Shown: positions 26,932 through 37,468, counted from the stretch's first letter. The stretch is DNA of 64,000 nucleotides from Acidimicrobiia bacterium (GCA_041751055.1 JBGSYD010000037.1:182-64181); one strand, 5' to 3'. Made by a program: numbers and translations. The notes: a model not told the origin generated them from the letters alone.

Positions 26932-28938
26932 TTATGCCCCGGCGTCAGCAGGCCGCGTTGTCGGCCTAAGTCCCTTGGTCACTCGCTGGGTGGCCGGAGC
27001 TTCTTCATCCGCATCGTCAGTCTCGTTGGCGGCGGCTTTCAAATCCTCATCTTGTCGCGGCTGCGGCAACACCGGATTCTCCGGGTACCGGATTCGCATC
27101 GAACCCTCGGCAGTGTGCTCCCACTTAGGGACATCAATGAAGATCTCGGCGACCTGATCACGATCGACAGTCTCGTTCTCGAGGAGCTCGACGACCATCC
27201 GCTCCATGGCATCCTTATGGGTGCTGAGAATCTCTCGCGCTTCCTCATGGGCAGCTGTGATCAGCTTACGCACCTCTTCGTCGATGAAAGCCGCAACTTC
27301 ATCGGAATAGTCCTGCTGACGTGAGTAGTCACGGCCAAGGAAAACTTCGCCATTGGCCTTCCCATATTGCATCGGCCCGAGTTCGTCGCTCATCCCGTAC
27401 TCCATGACCATCTTGCGTGCGATTTGGGTCGCCTTCTCGATGTCATTGGCCGCGCCCGAGGTCGGATCGGCGAACATGAGCTCCTCAGCCGTTCGGCCAC
27501 CGAGGAGCATGGCCAGCTGGTCAACCAGTTCGCTGCGGCGAATCAGATAGCGGTCGTGTGTAGGCAGAGCCAGAGTGTGTCCAAGGGACCGGCCACGGGC
27601 GACGATGGTCACCTTGTGCACCGGGTCCGAGTTGGGGAGGGCAAAGCCCACCAGCGCATGGCCGGTCTCGTGGAACGCGATCAGCTTCTTTTCCTCGTCC
27701 GACATGACCCGACTCTTACGCTCGGGGCCGGCGATAACGCGGTCGATCGCCTCCTCGAGCTCGGACATCGTGATCTTTTTCTTCTTGCGGCGAGCGGTGA
27801 GCAGTGCCGCCTCATTGATCAAGTTGGCGAGGTCGGCACCGGTGAAACCAGGGGTGCGCCTTGCCAGCACGGCCAGGTCCAGTTCCGGGGCCAGAGGTTT
27901 GCCTTTTGAGTGAACTTTGAGTATCGCCTCACGCCCCTCGAGATCGGGCGCATCCACCACGATCTGGCGGTCAAATCGGCCCGGCCGGAGCAAGGCGGGG
28001 TCGAGTATGTCGGGGCGGTTCGTTGCGGCCATGACGATCACACCGCTGTTGCCCTCGAACCCATCGAGCTCCACGAGAAGCTGGTTTAACGTTTGTTCGC
28101 GCTCGTCATGACCTCCACCAAGCCCGGCGCCACGATGGCGACCGACGGCATCGATCTCATCGATGAAGACGATGGCTGGGGCAGTCTGTTTGGCCTGCTC
28201 GAAAAGGTCACGAACCCGCGCCGCACCGACACCGACAAACATCTCGACGAAGTCGGAACCAGAGATGGTCATAAAGGGAACCCCGGCTTCACCTGCGACG
28301 GCTCTGGCGAGAAGGGTCTTACCCGTTCCGGGAGGACCGAACAACAGAACACCTTTGGGGATCTTGGCACCCATCTGTCGGTATTTGTCCGGATTGGCCA
28401 GGAAGTCTTTGATCTCCTCGAGCTCTTCTTTTGCTTCGTCGAGCCCGGCGACATCATCGAATGTGACTTTCGGCTGCTCTTTTCCAACGAGCTTGGCGCG
28501 CGACTTGCCGAACTGCATCACCCGGTTCCCACCACCCTGCATTTGCATGAAGATGAAGACCATGAAACCGATGAGAATCAACCACGGGAGGATACTGAGC
28601 AAAATATTGAACAGGCCGGGCGGTTGGGCATCACTCGAGACGAGGACGTCCGACGCTATGGCAAGTTCGGTGAGTGTGCCTTCGTAACCCTCGGTGTATG
28701 AGGCGAATTGGTCAAAGGCACCGTCGGGGGCCCCGCTGTCTGATGTTCTGCCCTGAATCTGGTTCGATCGCTCGAGGATTTGGACGGTTTTGAATTCGCC
28801 TTCCTCCATCGAGGACACGAATACAGAGAGGTCCACTTCTTCGGGACCGGCGACCTGATCGAACCACCACTGCGCCAGGACGGCCAGCATGATTATGGAC
28901 AGTCCATAGATCAGGAGCGTGCGAAGGGTTCGGTTCAC
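26932..28938 (-). CDS. ftsH: ATP-dependent zinc metalloprotease FtsH
   Basis: 668 aa; two N-terminal TM helices, AAA module (GPPGTGKT), HETGHAL zinc-binding motif. Confidence 0.95.
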   Translation of the reverse strand: MNRTLRTLLIYGLSIIMLAVLAQWWFDQVAGPEEVDLSVFVSSMEEGEFKTVQILERSNQIQGRTSDSGAPDGAFDQFASYTEGYEGTLTELAIASDVLVSSDAQPPGLFNILLSILPWLILIGFMVFIFMQMQGGGNRVMQFGKSRAKLVGKEQPKVTFDDVAGLDEAKEELEEIKDFLANPDKYRQMGAKIPKGVLLFGPPGTGKTLLARAVAGEAGVPFMTISGSDFVEMFVGVGAARVRDLFEQAKQTAPAIVFIDEIDAVGRHRGAGLGGGHDEREQTLNQLLVELDGFEGNSGVIVMAATNRPDILDPALLRPGRFDRQIVVDAPDLEGREAILKVHSKGKPLAPELDLAVLARRTPGFTGADLANLINEAALLTARRKKKKITMSELEEAIDRVIAGPERKSRVMSDEEKKLIAFHETGHALVGFALPNSDPVHKVTIVARGRSLGHTLALPTHDRYLIRRSELVDQLAMLLGGRTAEELMFADPTSGAANDIEKATQIARKMVMEYGMSDELGPMQYGKANGEVFLGRDYSRQQDYSDEVAAFIDEEVRKLITAAHEEAREILSTHKDAMERMVVELLENETVDRDQVAEIFIDVPKWEHTAEGSMRIRYPENPVLPQPRQDEDLKAAANETDDADEEAPATQRVTKGLRPTTRPADAGA

Positions 28939-29017
28939 GGGGTTACCTCAAATCAAAGGTGAAAAAATCCAGTAACCGTAATGCTACGGCCAAACGCCGG
29001 ATAGTCGAACCCCGAAT

Positions 29018-29623
29018 TCAAAGAAGTTCGGGGCCCATGACTCCCACATAGGGGAGATTCCGGTACTTCCCTGCGTAGTCGAGCCCATATCCCACAACGA
29101 ATTCGGGGCCAATCGTGAAGGCAACGTATTTTACCTCGATTGGCACCCGCTGGATTCCCTCTTTGAGCAGAAGTGTTGCGATCTCCAGCGATGCAGGTTT
29201 GCGAACCTTGAGGCTTTTGAGCAGATAGTTGAGTGTCAAGCCCGAGTCGATGATGTCTTCGACAATCAGAACATGGCGCCCTTCGATCTCCTCATCGAGG
29301 TCCTTCAGAATCCGGACCACACCCGACGTTTGCGTCGATGCCCCATACGAGCTGACAGCCATGAAATCGAATTCGACGGGAAGGTTGATGTGCCGGGCCA
29401 GGTCGGCCATGACCATGAACGCGCCACGGAGCACTCCAACCAACAGAACGTCCTTGCCTTGATAATCCTCAGTGATCCGGGCACCCAACTCGGCTAGCTG
29501 GGTCTTGATCTCTTCGGTAGTGATTAGGGGCTTGATTTCGTTCAATTGTCTTCCACTCTGGGCGAATGCGAAAGTTAGCCCGTATCGCACCGTTGTTACC
29601 AAATGGGATCTCTCGACGGGCAA
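29018..29623 (-). CDS. hpt: hypoxanthine-guanine phosphoribosyltransferase
   Basis: PRPP-binding motif VLIVEDIIDSGLTL and HPRT flexible loop. The real start is probably a few codons inside the track ORF. Confidence 0.85.
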   Translation of the reverse strand: MPVERSHLVTTVRYGLTFAFAQSGRQLNEIKPLITTEEIKTQLAELGARITEDYQGKDVLLVGVLRGAFMVMADLARHINLPVEFDFMAVSSYGASTQTSGVVRILKDLDEEIEGRHVLIVEDIIDSGLTLNYLLKSLKVRKPASLEIATLLLKEGIQRVPIEVKYVAFTIGPEFVVGYGLDYAGKYRNLPYVGVMGPELL

Positions 29624-29653
29624 GGACCATGGAGCTCAACCGGTCGCAGTTGA

Positions 29654-30604
29654 TTAGCTGACCTCGCCGGGGCCGGCGATCTGAATACGAAGCAGCGGAC
29701 CGTCGCGACTGACCCGCAAGTTGTGTTCGAGTTGAGCCGCGGCAGAAAACCCCTCCAGGACCTGCCGCATTCGCTCGAGCTCGGCCGACGTCGCACCTTC
29801 AGGCGAGCGGACCGCCGCCACAAGGAGGCGGAGGACGCGGGCCTGAAGCGGGACCGGCAGGACCAATACCATTCCGATCGGCACCGATGCTCCTGACTCG
29901 TCGCACGAGATGGGGACCGACTTCGCCAGACTCTGCAAGAAGTCGTCGTCGTCCCCAACTTGCTCTGCCAACCTGGCAAGTGATCCGACAAGGTTCGGGT
30001 TGAGTTTTTCCAGGCCGGGGATCACTTCGGATCTGATCGTATTACGACGGATCTTGTCATCGTCATTGACGGGGTCGTCGCTGAAGGGCAGCTCGGCCAG
30101 CTCCGCCAACTCTCGGGTCTCAGCCCGGCTGACGTTGAGCAATGGCCTGAAGATGTTGGGTGGCCGGTGGTAGGGAATACCAGAGATGCCTCTGCTGCCG
30201 GCTCCCCGAATCACATTCATCAATACGGTCTCCGCTTGATCGTTTCGGGTGTGGCCGGTCAACACCGAGACATCGGGTGCGGTTGCTGATCCGATGGCCT
30301 CATAACGCACCAGCCGAGCCTGGTTCTCGACAGAGGGGCCTTCGGGAACCAACACTTTGGACACGGAGCATGGCACTCCGATCGCCCTGGCGATTTCCAA
30401 TGCTGAATCAGCGAGGACATCCGACGCCGGCAAACTGTGATGTACATGGATACATGAAACTGGAATGCCAGTCTGGACTGCGAGGTATGCAAGCGCACCC
30501 GAGTCCGCACCCCCTGACAGCGCAACGACGAAAGGACCCGACGGGAAATTGGTGCGCTCCCCGATCGAACCCTGCAGTTGGTTCAGGCGACTCGACTCAG
30601 CCAT
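29654..30604 (-). CDS. tilS: tRNA(Ile)-lysidine synthetase
   Basis: PP-loop SGGADSGAL at the N-terminus; 316 aa; upstream of hpt and ftsH as is usual. Confidence 0.85.
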   Translation of the reverse strand: MAESSRLNQLQGSIGERTNFPSGPFVVALSGGADSGALAYLAVQTGIPVSCIHVHHSLPASDVLADSALEIARAIGVPCSVSKVLVPEGPSVENQARLVRYEAIGSATAPDVSVLTGHTRNDQAETVLMNVIRGAGSRGISGIPYHRPPNIFRPLLNVSRAETRELAELAELPFSDDPVNDDDKIRRNTIRSEVIPGLEKLNPNLVGSLARLAEQVGDDDDFLQSLAKSVPISCDESGASVPIGMVLVLPVPLQARVLRLLVAAVRSPEGATSAELERMRQVLEGFSAAAQLEHNLRVSRDGPLLRIQIAGPGEVS

Positions 30605-31608
30605 AACTCAGGACGCTCGATCTCCTCGAGAGTGGGTAGCGAGCTGGCTCCCCGAAAGGCAAGGTTCACGGTCTCCCATCCACTGAGCCGCTCCACCTTC
30701 TTGATGAACCTTTCGCCCTGTTCGTACTGGCGCACCTTCATCTCGAGACCGGTGACACGAAAGAAAGCAGCGGTGCGTTTGTCCTTGCGACGCCCCTTAA
30801 GGACACGGCTCATCCGATCTTGACTGCGCAGCTCCTCGGCGCCGATACGGTCCATAACCACATGACCGTGTCCTTCGAGGAGCGACATGAGGGCTTGGAC
30901 CCGATCCACGATGCCTTGTTGTGTTTCGGTAGCGATGAGCCCGAAGATCCCGCGTTCGTCGATGAGGGGACTTCCTGACCTTCTCCGCTCGATGATCTCA
31001 TCAGCTATGGACCTCAGCCGACCGGCCTCCGGTACCGAAGCTTCGACCAATTCTTCGACCAGGGAGAGGAAGTAACCCCGTAACCACGGGACCCCCTGGA
31101 ACTGGGCGCGATGGGTCAGCTCGTGCAATGCCACCCAGAACCGAAACTCCGAGGGGCGAAACTGATGGGTGCGCTCCATCTGTAGGAGGTTGGGCCCCAC
31201 GTAAGCCACGCTGTCGCCATCCTCACCTGTCGGCAGAACGAGCTCGTACTGGCCCAGGACCCTTCGCGATAAGACGCCAAGGAGGGCGCTGCTCTCCCGC
31301 TCTACGATGCGTTGTGCAACTCCCCCAGTGCCCTCGTCATCGGACCTCGACAGCTTCTTGGCGGCCGGCTCGATGAGGTGTTGGAAGCTGGCGATGTTCC
31401 GGTCGACCCATTCGAGCCGACCGATCACGATCGTTGAAGGATTCCCCGGCAGGTCGAGTCTGGTCGCCTCGCCCACGAGCCCCGAGACTACCGGCGTGAT
31501 CCGGGCCATGTCCTCAGAAAGCGCGGCTGAGTGGTAGGTGTCAGCAAGGGGATACTGCCCGGCGAGCCGTCCAGCTAGTCGGCCACCGAAGGACCGATCA
31601 GAACTCAC
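30583..31608 (-). CDS. zincin-like metallopeptidase family protein (DUF2342-type)
   Basis: 341 aa; HELTH (HExxH) motif in a mostly helical protein; family often annotated as zinc-dependent metalloprotease / F420-biosynthesis associated. Confidence 0.55.
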   Translation of the reverse strand: MSSDRSFGGRLAGRLAGQYPLADTYHSAALSEDMARITPVVSGLVGEATRLDLPGNPSTIVIGRLEWVDRNIASFQHLIEPAAKKLSRSDDEGTGGVAQRIVERESSALLGVLSRRVLGQYELVLPTGEDGDSVAYVGPNLLQMERTHQFRPSEFRFWVALHELTHRAQFQGVPWLRGYFLSLVEELVEASVPEAGRLRSIADEIIERRRSGSPLIDERGIFGLIATETQQGIVDRVQALMSLLEGHGHVVMDRIGAEELRSQDRMSRVLKGRRKDKRTAAFFRVTGLEMKVRQYEQGERFIKKVERLSGWETVNLAFRGASSLPTLEEIERPELWLSRVA

Positions 31609-31922
31609 TCTTCGACGATTCGATACCGCTTACGAACCACATTCGTAAAGTACTGCCCCGACGTGGCGAGGATCACGAGAACGGCCAGCGCAATCCCGGT
31701 CGGAATCAGATAGCGGTATGTCCAATCCGCTGTTGCAGCTGTTTCCGCGGGAAGGGTTACTTCGACCGCTGGTTCGATGTCAGTTGTGACAACGGTGGTG
31801 TCCTCGGTGGTGGTTTCGGTTCCACCGCCGTCACCCTCGGTCGCGAGAAGCGGAAGCGACAAGACCATCAGAACTGCAGCGAGAACACTGAGAACGGTTG
31901 CGAGGCGGCCTGTCCTAGTCAT
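31605..31922 (-). CDS. small membrane-anchored hypothetical protein
   Basis: 105 aa; N-terminal signal/TM segment, Thr/Glu-rich middle, C-terminal TM; stop overlaps the start of the zincin gene by 4 nt. Confidence 0.4.
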   Translation of the reverse strand: MTRTGRLATVLSVLAAVLMVLSLPLLATEGDGGGTETTTEDTTVVTTDIEPAVEVTLPAETAATADWTYRYLIPTGIALAVLVILATSGQYFTNVVRKRYRIVEE

Positions 31923-31962
31923 TGATCGGCAGACTACTCAGACGCATAGGTTGCGTCGAACT

Positions 31963-32205
31963 TCATCGAACGTTTGCTTCTTCACCAATAGCGTCGCGCA
32001 GCTTCTTAAGAAACTGTGGCGGAACTTCCTCCGAGAGACGTTCACGAACCACTCGCTTCAGCCTCTGTTCGAAGTCGAACCCGCGGTAGCACTCACCGCA
32101 TTCGTCTAAATGAGCGGTGATTCCCTCCGACGTAGCGGCGTCAAGTTCACGATCGAGATAGACGTATAGATTCTTTAGAGCGTCGTCGCAGTTGTGCTCG
32201 CTCAT
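31963..32205 (-). CDS. rsrA: zinc-binding anti-sigma factor (ZAS family, RsrA/RshA-like)
   Basis: 80 aa; C(6)...HLDECGEC ZAS motif (H-x3-C-x2-C); immediately downstream of the ECF sigma factor. Confidence 0.78.
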   Translation of the reverse strand: MSEHNCDDALKNLYVYLDRELDAATSEGITAHLDECGECYRGFDFEQRLKRVVRERLSEEVPPQFLKKLRDAIGEEANVR

Positions 32206-32233
32206 CTCACCGATTTCCTCATGGTGGGTTCTC

Positions 32234-32812
32234 TCATGGGCGTTCTGCCCCTTCAGGGATCAGTCCCCGGCTTCTTGCAAACTCCCACAACGTTTTCTGC
32301 ATTGCTTTTCTTCCGCGATGGAGACGCGACATAACCGTACCAATGGGTATGTCGAGGATGTCGGCGATCTCCTGGTACGACAATCCCTCGAGATCCGCGA
32401 GCAGCACCGGGATCCTGAAGTTTTCGGGAAGCTCCTCAACTGCCTTCTTGATATCTGACTCAACAAGTCCGTCGAGCACTCGGTCTTCGGTGGTTCGGGC
32501 AGCCTCCATCGACTCTTCGGAACCGATCCGGCGATACAGGTAGAGGTCCTCTATGACACCCAGGTCGACCTCGTTGGGCCGGCGCGCGTCTTTTCGGTAT
32601 TTGTTGATGAAGGTGTTGGTGAGTATGCGGTACAGCCAGGCTTTCAGGTTGGTCCCGGCCTGGAAACTGTCATAGGCGCGGTACGCCTTGAGAAACGTCT
32701 CCTGGACGAGATCTTCTGCGTCGCTCGGGTTCCGGGTCATCCTCATAGCGGCGCTGTACAGCTGGGGGGCGAACTGCATTGCGTCGTCAGAGAAGTTGGC
32801 CTGGTCTGCCAT
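32234..32812 (-). CDS. sigH: ECF RNA polymerase sigma factor, SigR/SigH-type
   Basis: 192 aa; sigma-70 regions 2 and 4 ([14 protein letters not shown]...; C-terminal [29 protein letters not shown]); paired with the ZAS anti-sigma gene. Confidence 0.85.
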   Translation of the reverse strand: MADQANFSDDAMQFAPQLYSAAMRMTRNPSDAEDLVQETFLKAYRAYDSFQAGTNLKAWLYRILTNTFINKYRKDARRPNEVDLGVIEDLYLYRRIGSEESMEAARTTEDRVLDGLVESDIKKAVEELPENFRIPVLLADLEGLSYQEIADILDIPIGTVMSRLHRGRKAMQKTLWEFARSRGLIPEGAERP

Positions 32813-32832
32813 TCACCCGACGCTAACGAGTG

Positions 32833-32890
32833 GGAGAGAGATTCGGAAGTTGGCAACCCGAAGCCGTCGGCTTCGGGTTGCTTGCGAGTT
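32833..32890. promoter_or_regulatory. two adjacent perfect GC-rich hairpins in the sigH leader / tRNA-Thr trailer
   Basis: Hairpin 1 at 32833-32861: GCAACCCGAAGCCG-T-CGGCTTCGGGTTGC. Hairpin 2 at 32865-32890: 11-bp stem CGAGTTTCCTC / GAGGAAACTCG with loop CTGC. No U-tract; they end about 20 nt upstream of the sigH ATG. Confidence 0.5.
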
Positions 32891-32995
32891 TCCTCCTGCG
32901 AGGAAACTCGAGGCAACGCCGTGATTCCTCAACCAGGAGATTCGGTGGCCACCAGCGAGCCAAGACGGCCGAAGTCGGCCAGCAAATAAACACTG

Positions 32996-33067
32996 AGCCG
33001 GAGAGGGGAGTCGAACCCCTGGCCTATTCATTACGAGTGAATTGCTCTACCACTGAGCTACTCCGGC
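32996..33067 (-). tRNA. tRNA-Thr (anticodon CGU)
   Basis: The reverse complement folds as a canonical cloverleaf: GCCGGAG-TA-GCTC-AGTGGTA-GAGC-A-ATTCA-CTCGTAA-TGAAT-AGGCC-AGGGG-TTCGACT-CCCCT-CTCCGGC-T. Anticodon CGT; CCA is not encoded. Confidence 0.85.
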
Positions 33068-33117
33068 GAAACCAAAATGGTACAAGCCCGGAATACGAAG
33101 CTCTAGTTGAACCCCCG

Positions 33118-34152
33118 TCAGTCCGACCCGAGCTGGGAGAACAAGTTGGCCAATACCAATTCACGACGCAGATTGGCCTGGATGTCGACAACAGCGTCGA
33201 GAGCACCTTCGGCTGACCGCACTGCCTGCCGGGGCGTGACTTCGGTCAGATCGGTCAACTCGAGATCGAGATTGCGGATCGGGCCGCCCATTTGCAGAGA
33301 TGCCGAATCGGCATACCAGGAAGCCAGGATCTCCAGGCCTGTGACGAGCAAGGACTGCTCGACGCGCCGTCGGGTTCGCTGTTGTTTCTCTTTTGAAAGC
33401 TCATCGGGAACGGACTTTTCGACGAGCGGGCCGATTTCATCCAGTACGACCATCGCCAGACGTTGGCCGTCGCCAGGATGGGGCGTCACACGCCCCGGGA
33501 TCGACAGCCACAGCTCTCGGAATCGAGCGACGTCTGGTTGAGACATCAGTGCAAGCGCCAACCCAGGACGCCCGCCGGAAACCACCGACGCGTTCTCGGC
33601 CTGTCCGGGGTCAACTCCCCTGTCGACCAGGGCTTCCACTAGCTCAACCAAGGGAACTCTCCCGAGGTGGATCGTTCGGCATCGCGATCCAACGGTTGCA
33701 GGAAAGTCATCTTCGGATTCGGCGACAAGGAGAAAGGCCACCTGAGCGAGAGGCTCTTCAAGCGTCTTGATGAGAGCATTCGCAGCCTGTTCGGTCATAA
33801 GGCCTGCATCAGGAATTAGGAATACCGAACGGGTGGCCTCCACCGGCGCAAGGGAGGCCCTTCCGACCAAATACCGTGCTTGGTCGACGCCAAGACTCGT
33901 TGCGCCTTCAGGTTCAACGACCGTCAGGTCAGGGTGGTGGCCCTGCAGCGCGAGGCGACACGACCGGCACGCTTCGTCGTGTTGCCCACGGGTCGGACAA
34001 AGCAGCCCTGCGGCGAAGCGCTGGGCGAAGGAGCTTTTTCCAACTGAAGCCGGGCCAACGAACAGATAGGCCTGAATCGGGTTGTTCAGCTCCCGTTCGA
34101 GGAGTTCGACAACGCCACGGTTTCCGATCAAGCCGTCAAAGAGATCACTCAT
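33118..34152 (-). CDS. holB: DNA polymerase III subunit delta-prime
   Basis: 344 aa; AAA+ clamp-loader fold with Walker A GPASVGKSS and C4 zinc module (CPTRGQHDEACRSC). ATG at 34152 overlaps the tmk stop (ATGA). The upstream 207 codons of the track ORF are out-of-frame overlap with tmk. Confidence 0.8.
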   Translation of the reverse strand: MSDLFDGLIGNRGVVELLERELNNPIQAYLFVGPASVGKSSFAQRFAAGLLCPTRGQHDEACRSCRLALQGHHPDLTVVEPEGATSLGVDQARYLVGRASLAPVEATRSVFLIPDAGLMTEQAANALIKTLEEPLAQVAFLLVAESEDDFPATVGSRCRTIHLGRVPLVELVEALVDRGVDPGQAENASVVSGGRPGLALALMSQPDVARFRELWLSIPGRVTPHPGDGQRLAMVVLDEIGPLVEKSVPDELSKEKQQRTRRRVEQSLLVTGLEILASWYADSASLQMGGPIRNLDLELTDLTEVTPRQAVRSAEGALDAVVDIQANLRRELVLANLFSQLGSD

Positions 34153-34739
34153 TTGAGGTAGCCCATCATCCGGTCGATGACAGCCCGAGTCCGCGCCGTA
34201 TTGTCGATCAGAATCACACGCTCGGGCTCGTCCGCGGCAAGAACCCTGTATGCATCGCGCACGGCCTGATGGAATTGCGAGTGCTCTCCCCCAATACGGT
34301 CGGGGCTCTCCTGGCGATCGAGGGCAACGCCGACGTCGAGATCGAGCACAAAAACGATATCGGGCTCTACACCATTGAGTCCCGCCTCGTTCACCGATCT
34401 CACCGTTTCGAGTCCAAGCCCCCGCGCTCCACCTTGATACGCGATCGACGAGTAATAGGTTCGATCGCTTACCACCCACGTCCCAGCTTCCAATGCCGGG
34501 GCGACGGTTTCGAACGTCAATTGGGCGCGCTGCGCGGCAAAAAGATACGCCTCCGTCCAAGGCGCCATATCCGCTCCATCCAACAGAAGGTCCCGGATTG
34601 CCTCCCCCAACTCTGTGCTGCCCGGCTCGCGCACCACTATGACCTGGTGGCCATCCGCAGCCAGCCGCTCCTCCAGAGCGGAAGTCACGGTGCTTTTCCC
34701 ACTCCCATCTCCACCCTCGATGGCGATGTAACGACTCAA
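34149..34739 (-). CDS. tmk: thymidylate kinase
   Basis: P-loop IAIEGGDGSGKST, DRY-like motif (SDRTYYSS), lid region; 196 aa. Confidence 0.9.
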   Translation of the reverse strand: MSRYIAIEGGDGSGKSTVTSALEERLAADGHQVIVVREPGSTELGEAIRDLLLDGADMAPWTEAYLFAAQRAQLTFETVAPALEAGTWVVSDRTYYSSIAYQGGARGLGLETVRSVNEAGLNGVEPDIVFVLDLDVGVALDRQESPDRIGGEHSQFHQAVRDAYRVLAADEPERVILIDNTARTRAVIDRMMGYLK

Positions 34740-34879
34740 CTCCCGCCTCTGGTGGAGGTGGTTTCACGGGCATGTAGTCGCGACAGTGTCATGAAAGGGA
34801 CACGGTAATCCCACCCAAAGACAGTGCGCCGTGTTGACATAGCGCCACCGGTTGGGGTCAACTCAATACCGGAACACCT

Positions 34880-37441
34880 ATGACCAAGAGTCTCGTAATC
34901 GTCGAATCGCCAACCAAGGCGAAAACAATTTCTGCCTTTTTGGGCAGTGAATCCATCGTTGAATCGTCGATGGGGCACATCCGCGACTTGCCGAGATCGG
35001 CCGCTGAGATACCGGCCAAAGCCAAAGGGGAAGACTGGGCCCGGCTCGGCGTCAACGTCGAAAAAGACTTTGAACCTCTGTACGTAGTTCCCAAAGAGCG
35101 CAAAGAGCGGATCAAGAAACTGAAGGATCTCCTCAAGGGCGTGGACGAGCTCTACCTTGCAACGGACGAAGACCGCGAAGGCGAGTCGATCGCATGGCAC
35201 CTCATCGAGGTGCTCAAGCCAAAGATCCCGGTGCACCGCATGGTTTTTCACGAGATCACCAAATCGGCGATCGAAGAGGCCTTCCTACACCCGCGCGAAC
35301 TCGACAATCGATTGGTTCAGGCACAAGAGGCACGTCGCATCCTCGATCGGCTGTACGGGTATGAGGTGTCGCCAGTGCTGTGGCGCAAAATCCAGCAGGG
35401 CCTCTCCGCTGGCCGGGTCCAAAGCGTGGCAGTTCGGATTGTCGTCGAGCGCGAGCGAGAGCGCATCGCATTCACCGCGGCCGACTATTGGAGCATCGAC
35501 GCCTCCTTGGCAAAGACTGACAATCTCGACCTGCCGTTTGACGCGTCTTTGCTTCAAGTCGACGGGGACCGTGTCGCTACCGGCAAAGACTTCGACAGCG
35601 ACGGCGTGGCCAAGAAAGGCACCGTTGTGCTGGACAAAGACTCGGCCACCGAGCTGGCAACAAATCTCACGGAATCCGATTTCCGGGTGGTTTCGGTCGA
35701 ATCGAAGCCTTACAAGCGGAGTCCATACCCGCCATTTCGTACCTCGACCCTCCAACAAGACGCGGGTCGAAAACTGGGGTTTTCTTCATCACGAGCCATG
35801 TCAGTTGCGCAGCGGCTCTACGAAAACGGGTACATCACCTACATGAGAACCGACTCGACCTCCCTGTCGGGCTCCGCCGTGGCATCCGCTCGTTCCCAGG
35901 TCGAAAAGCTGTATGGAGACGAATATCTCAGCCCGAAGCCAAGGGTCTATTCGTCAAAGGTGAAAGGTGCCCAGGAGGCCCACGAGGCCATCCGTCCTGC
36001 CGGCGAAAGCTTTCCCACACCCGAACAAGTCGCCAATGCCGTTGGTCCCGACGAGGCGAGGCTCTACGAATTGATCTGGAAGCGGACCATCGCTTCCCAG
36101 ATGGCCGATGCCAAAGGCTTCACTGTCTCGATTCGTATTGGCGCCAAAGCCAGCGATGGGAGGGAAACGATATTCGGAGCTGGTGGTCGTACCATCACTT
36201 TCCCCGGATTCCTCAAAGTCTACGTCCAGGGCAAAGACGATCCCCTTGACAGCGACGACAAGGAATCAAACCTGCCCGAGCTTGCCGAAGGCGACGGCTT
36301 GAAGGTGCAACATCTCGAGCCAACCGGTCACGAGACCCGGCCACCGGCCCGATACACGGAAGCATCTCTGGTCCAGAAGATGGAGGAACTAGGGGTGGGC
36401 AGGCCGTCCACATACGCATCGGTCATGTCGACCATTCAGGACCGCGGGTATGTATGGAAGAAGGGTTCTGCGCTGGTACCTACCTACACGGCCTTTGGCG
36501 TGGTGACTCTCCTGGAGTCTCACTTCCCCAACCTCGTCGATTACGAATTCACCGCTGCCATGGAGGGAGATCTGGACAGGATCGCTTCGGGTGATGAGGA
36601 ATCCGTGCCGTGGCTGTCCCGCTTCTACTTTGGTGACGAGGGGCTCAAGCAAACAGTCGCTGATCAGCTCGACAGCATCGACCCGAGGATCATCAACTCG
36701 ATTCCTCTCGGAACCGACGAACAGGGCCGCGAACTTGTGGCGCGAATCGGGAGATATGGGCCCTACGTCCAGCGAGACGATGAACGAGCATCGATCCCCG
36801 AGGATGTTGCGCCCGATGAGCTGTCACTGGAGAGAGCAGCCGAACTGCTGGAAACCCAGAATGCCGGCGACAAGATCTACGGGACCGACCCCGATTCGGG
36901 GTTGGTAGTCCTCGGAAAAACCGGACGCTTTGGACCTTACGTCCAACTCGGGGAGCAGGAGGAGGGCAGCAAGGAGAAGCCCAAGCGCGCTTCTCTGTTC
37001 AAGTCGATGGTGCTCGACGAACTGGGCCTCGACGACGCGTTGAAACTACTTTCCCTTCCTCGCACCATCGGGCAGGATCCCGAAGGGGTCGACATTGTGG
37101 TGCTCAACGGGAGGTATGGCCCGTATCTGCAGCGGTCTGGCGATCGTCGCAGTCTCGAGAACGAAGAACAGCTTTTCACACTGACGGTTGACGAGGCCAT
37201 GAAACTCCTCGCAGAGCCGCCCCGGCGCAGGGGGGCTGCGGCAAAGGGGCCTCTGAAAGAGCTGGGCGACGACCCGGTCTCCAAAAAGCCGGTGACAGTG
37301 CGTTCCGGTCGGTACGGACCGTATGTCACAGACGGTGACGTCAACGCCTCGCTTCGACAAGGCGACTCTCCAGAAGCAATCACCCTCGAACGCGCTGCCG
37401 ATTTGCTCGCAGCAAGGCGCGAGCGGATCGCCAACGGCTGA
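34880..37441 (+). CDS. topA: DNA topoisomerase I
   Basis: 853 aa; TOPRIM N-terminus (LVIVESPTKAKTI), active-site Tyr region, C-terminal repeated GRYGPYVQ/L Topo_C repeats typical of actinobacterial TopA. Confidence 0.95.
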   Translation: MTKSLVIVESPTKAKTISAFLGSESIVESSMGHIRDLPRSAAEIPAKAKGEDWARLGVNVEKDFEPLYVVPKERKERIKKLKDLLKGVDELYLATDEDREGESIAWHLIEVLKPKIPVHRMVFHEITKSAIEEAFLHPRELDNRLVQAQEARRILDRLYGYEVSPVLWRKIQQGLSAGRVQSVAVRIVVERERERIAFTAADYWSIDASLAKTDNLDLPFDASLLQVDGDRVATGKDFDSDGVAKKGTVVLDKDSATELATNLTESDFRVVSVESKPYKRSPYPPFRTSTLQQDAGRKLGFSSSRAMSVAQRLYENGYITYMRTDSTSLSGSAVASARSQVEKLYGDEYLSPKPRVYSSKVKGAQEAHEAIRPAGESFPTPEQVANAVGPDEARLYELIWKRTIASQMADAKGFTVSIRIGAKASDGRETIFGAGGRTITFPGFLKVYVQGKDDPLDSDDKESNLPELAEGDGLKVQHLEPTGHETRPPARYTEASLVQKMEELGVGRPSTYASVMSTIQDRGYVWKKGSALVPTYTAFGVVTLLESHFPNLVDYEFTAAMEGDLDRIASGDEESVPWLSRFYFGDEGLKQTVADQLDSIDPRIINSIPLGTDEQGRELVARIGRYGPYVQRDDERASIPEDVAPDELSLERAAELLETQNAGDKIYGTDPDSGLVVLGKTGRFGPYVQLGEQEEGSKEKPKRASLFKSMVLDELGLDDALKLLSLPRTIGQDPEGVDIVVLNGRYGPYLQRSGDRRSLENEEQLFTLTVDEAMKLLAEPPRRRGAAAKGPLKELGDDPVSKKPVTVRSGRYGPYVTDGDVNASLRQGDSPEAITLERAADLLAARRERIANG

Positions 37442-37468
37442 ATACTGGCCGGTCCTTGGGATCTCGTA

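Noticed and set aside
33118-34773. 551-aa ORF fusing the tmk region with holB
   Set aside because: The upstream 207 codons are the out-of-frame shadow of tmk (whose own frame carries clear thymidylate kinase motifs). holB begins at the ATG at 34152, overlapping the tmk stop (ATGA).
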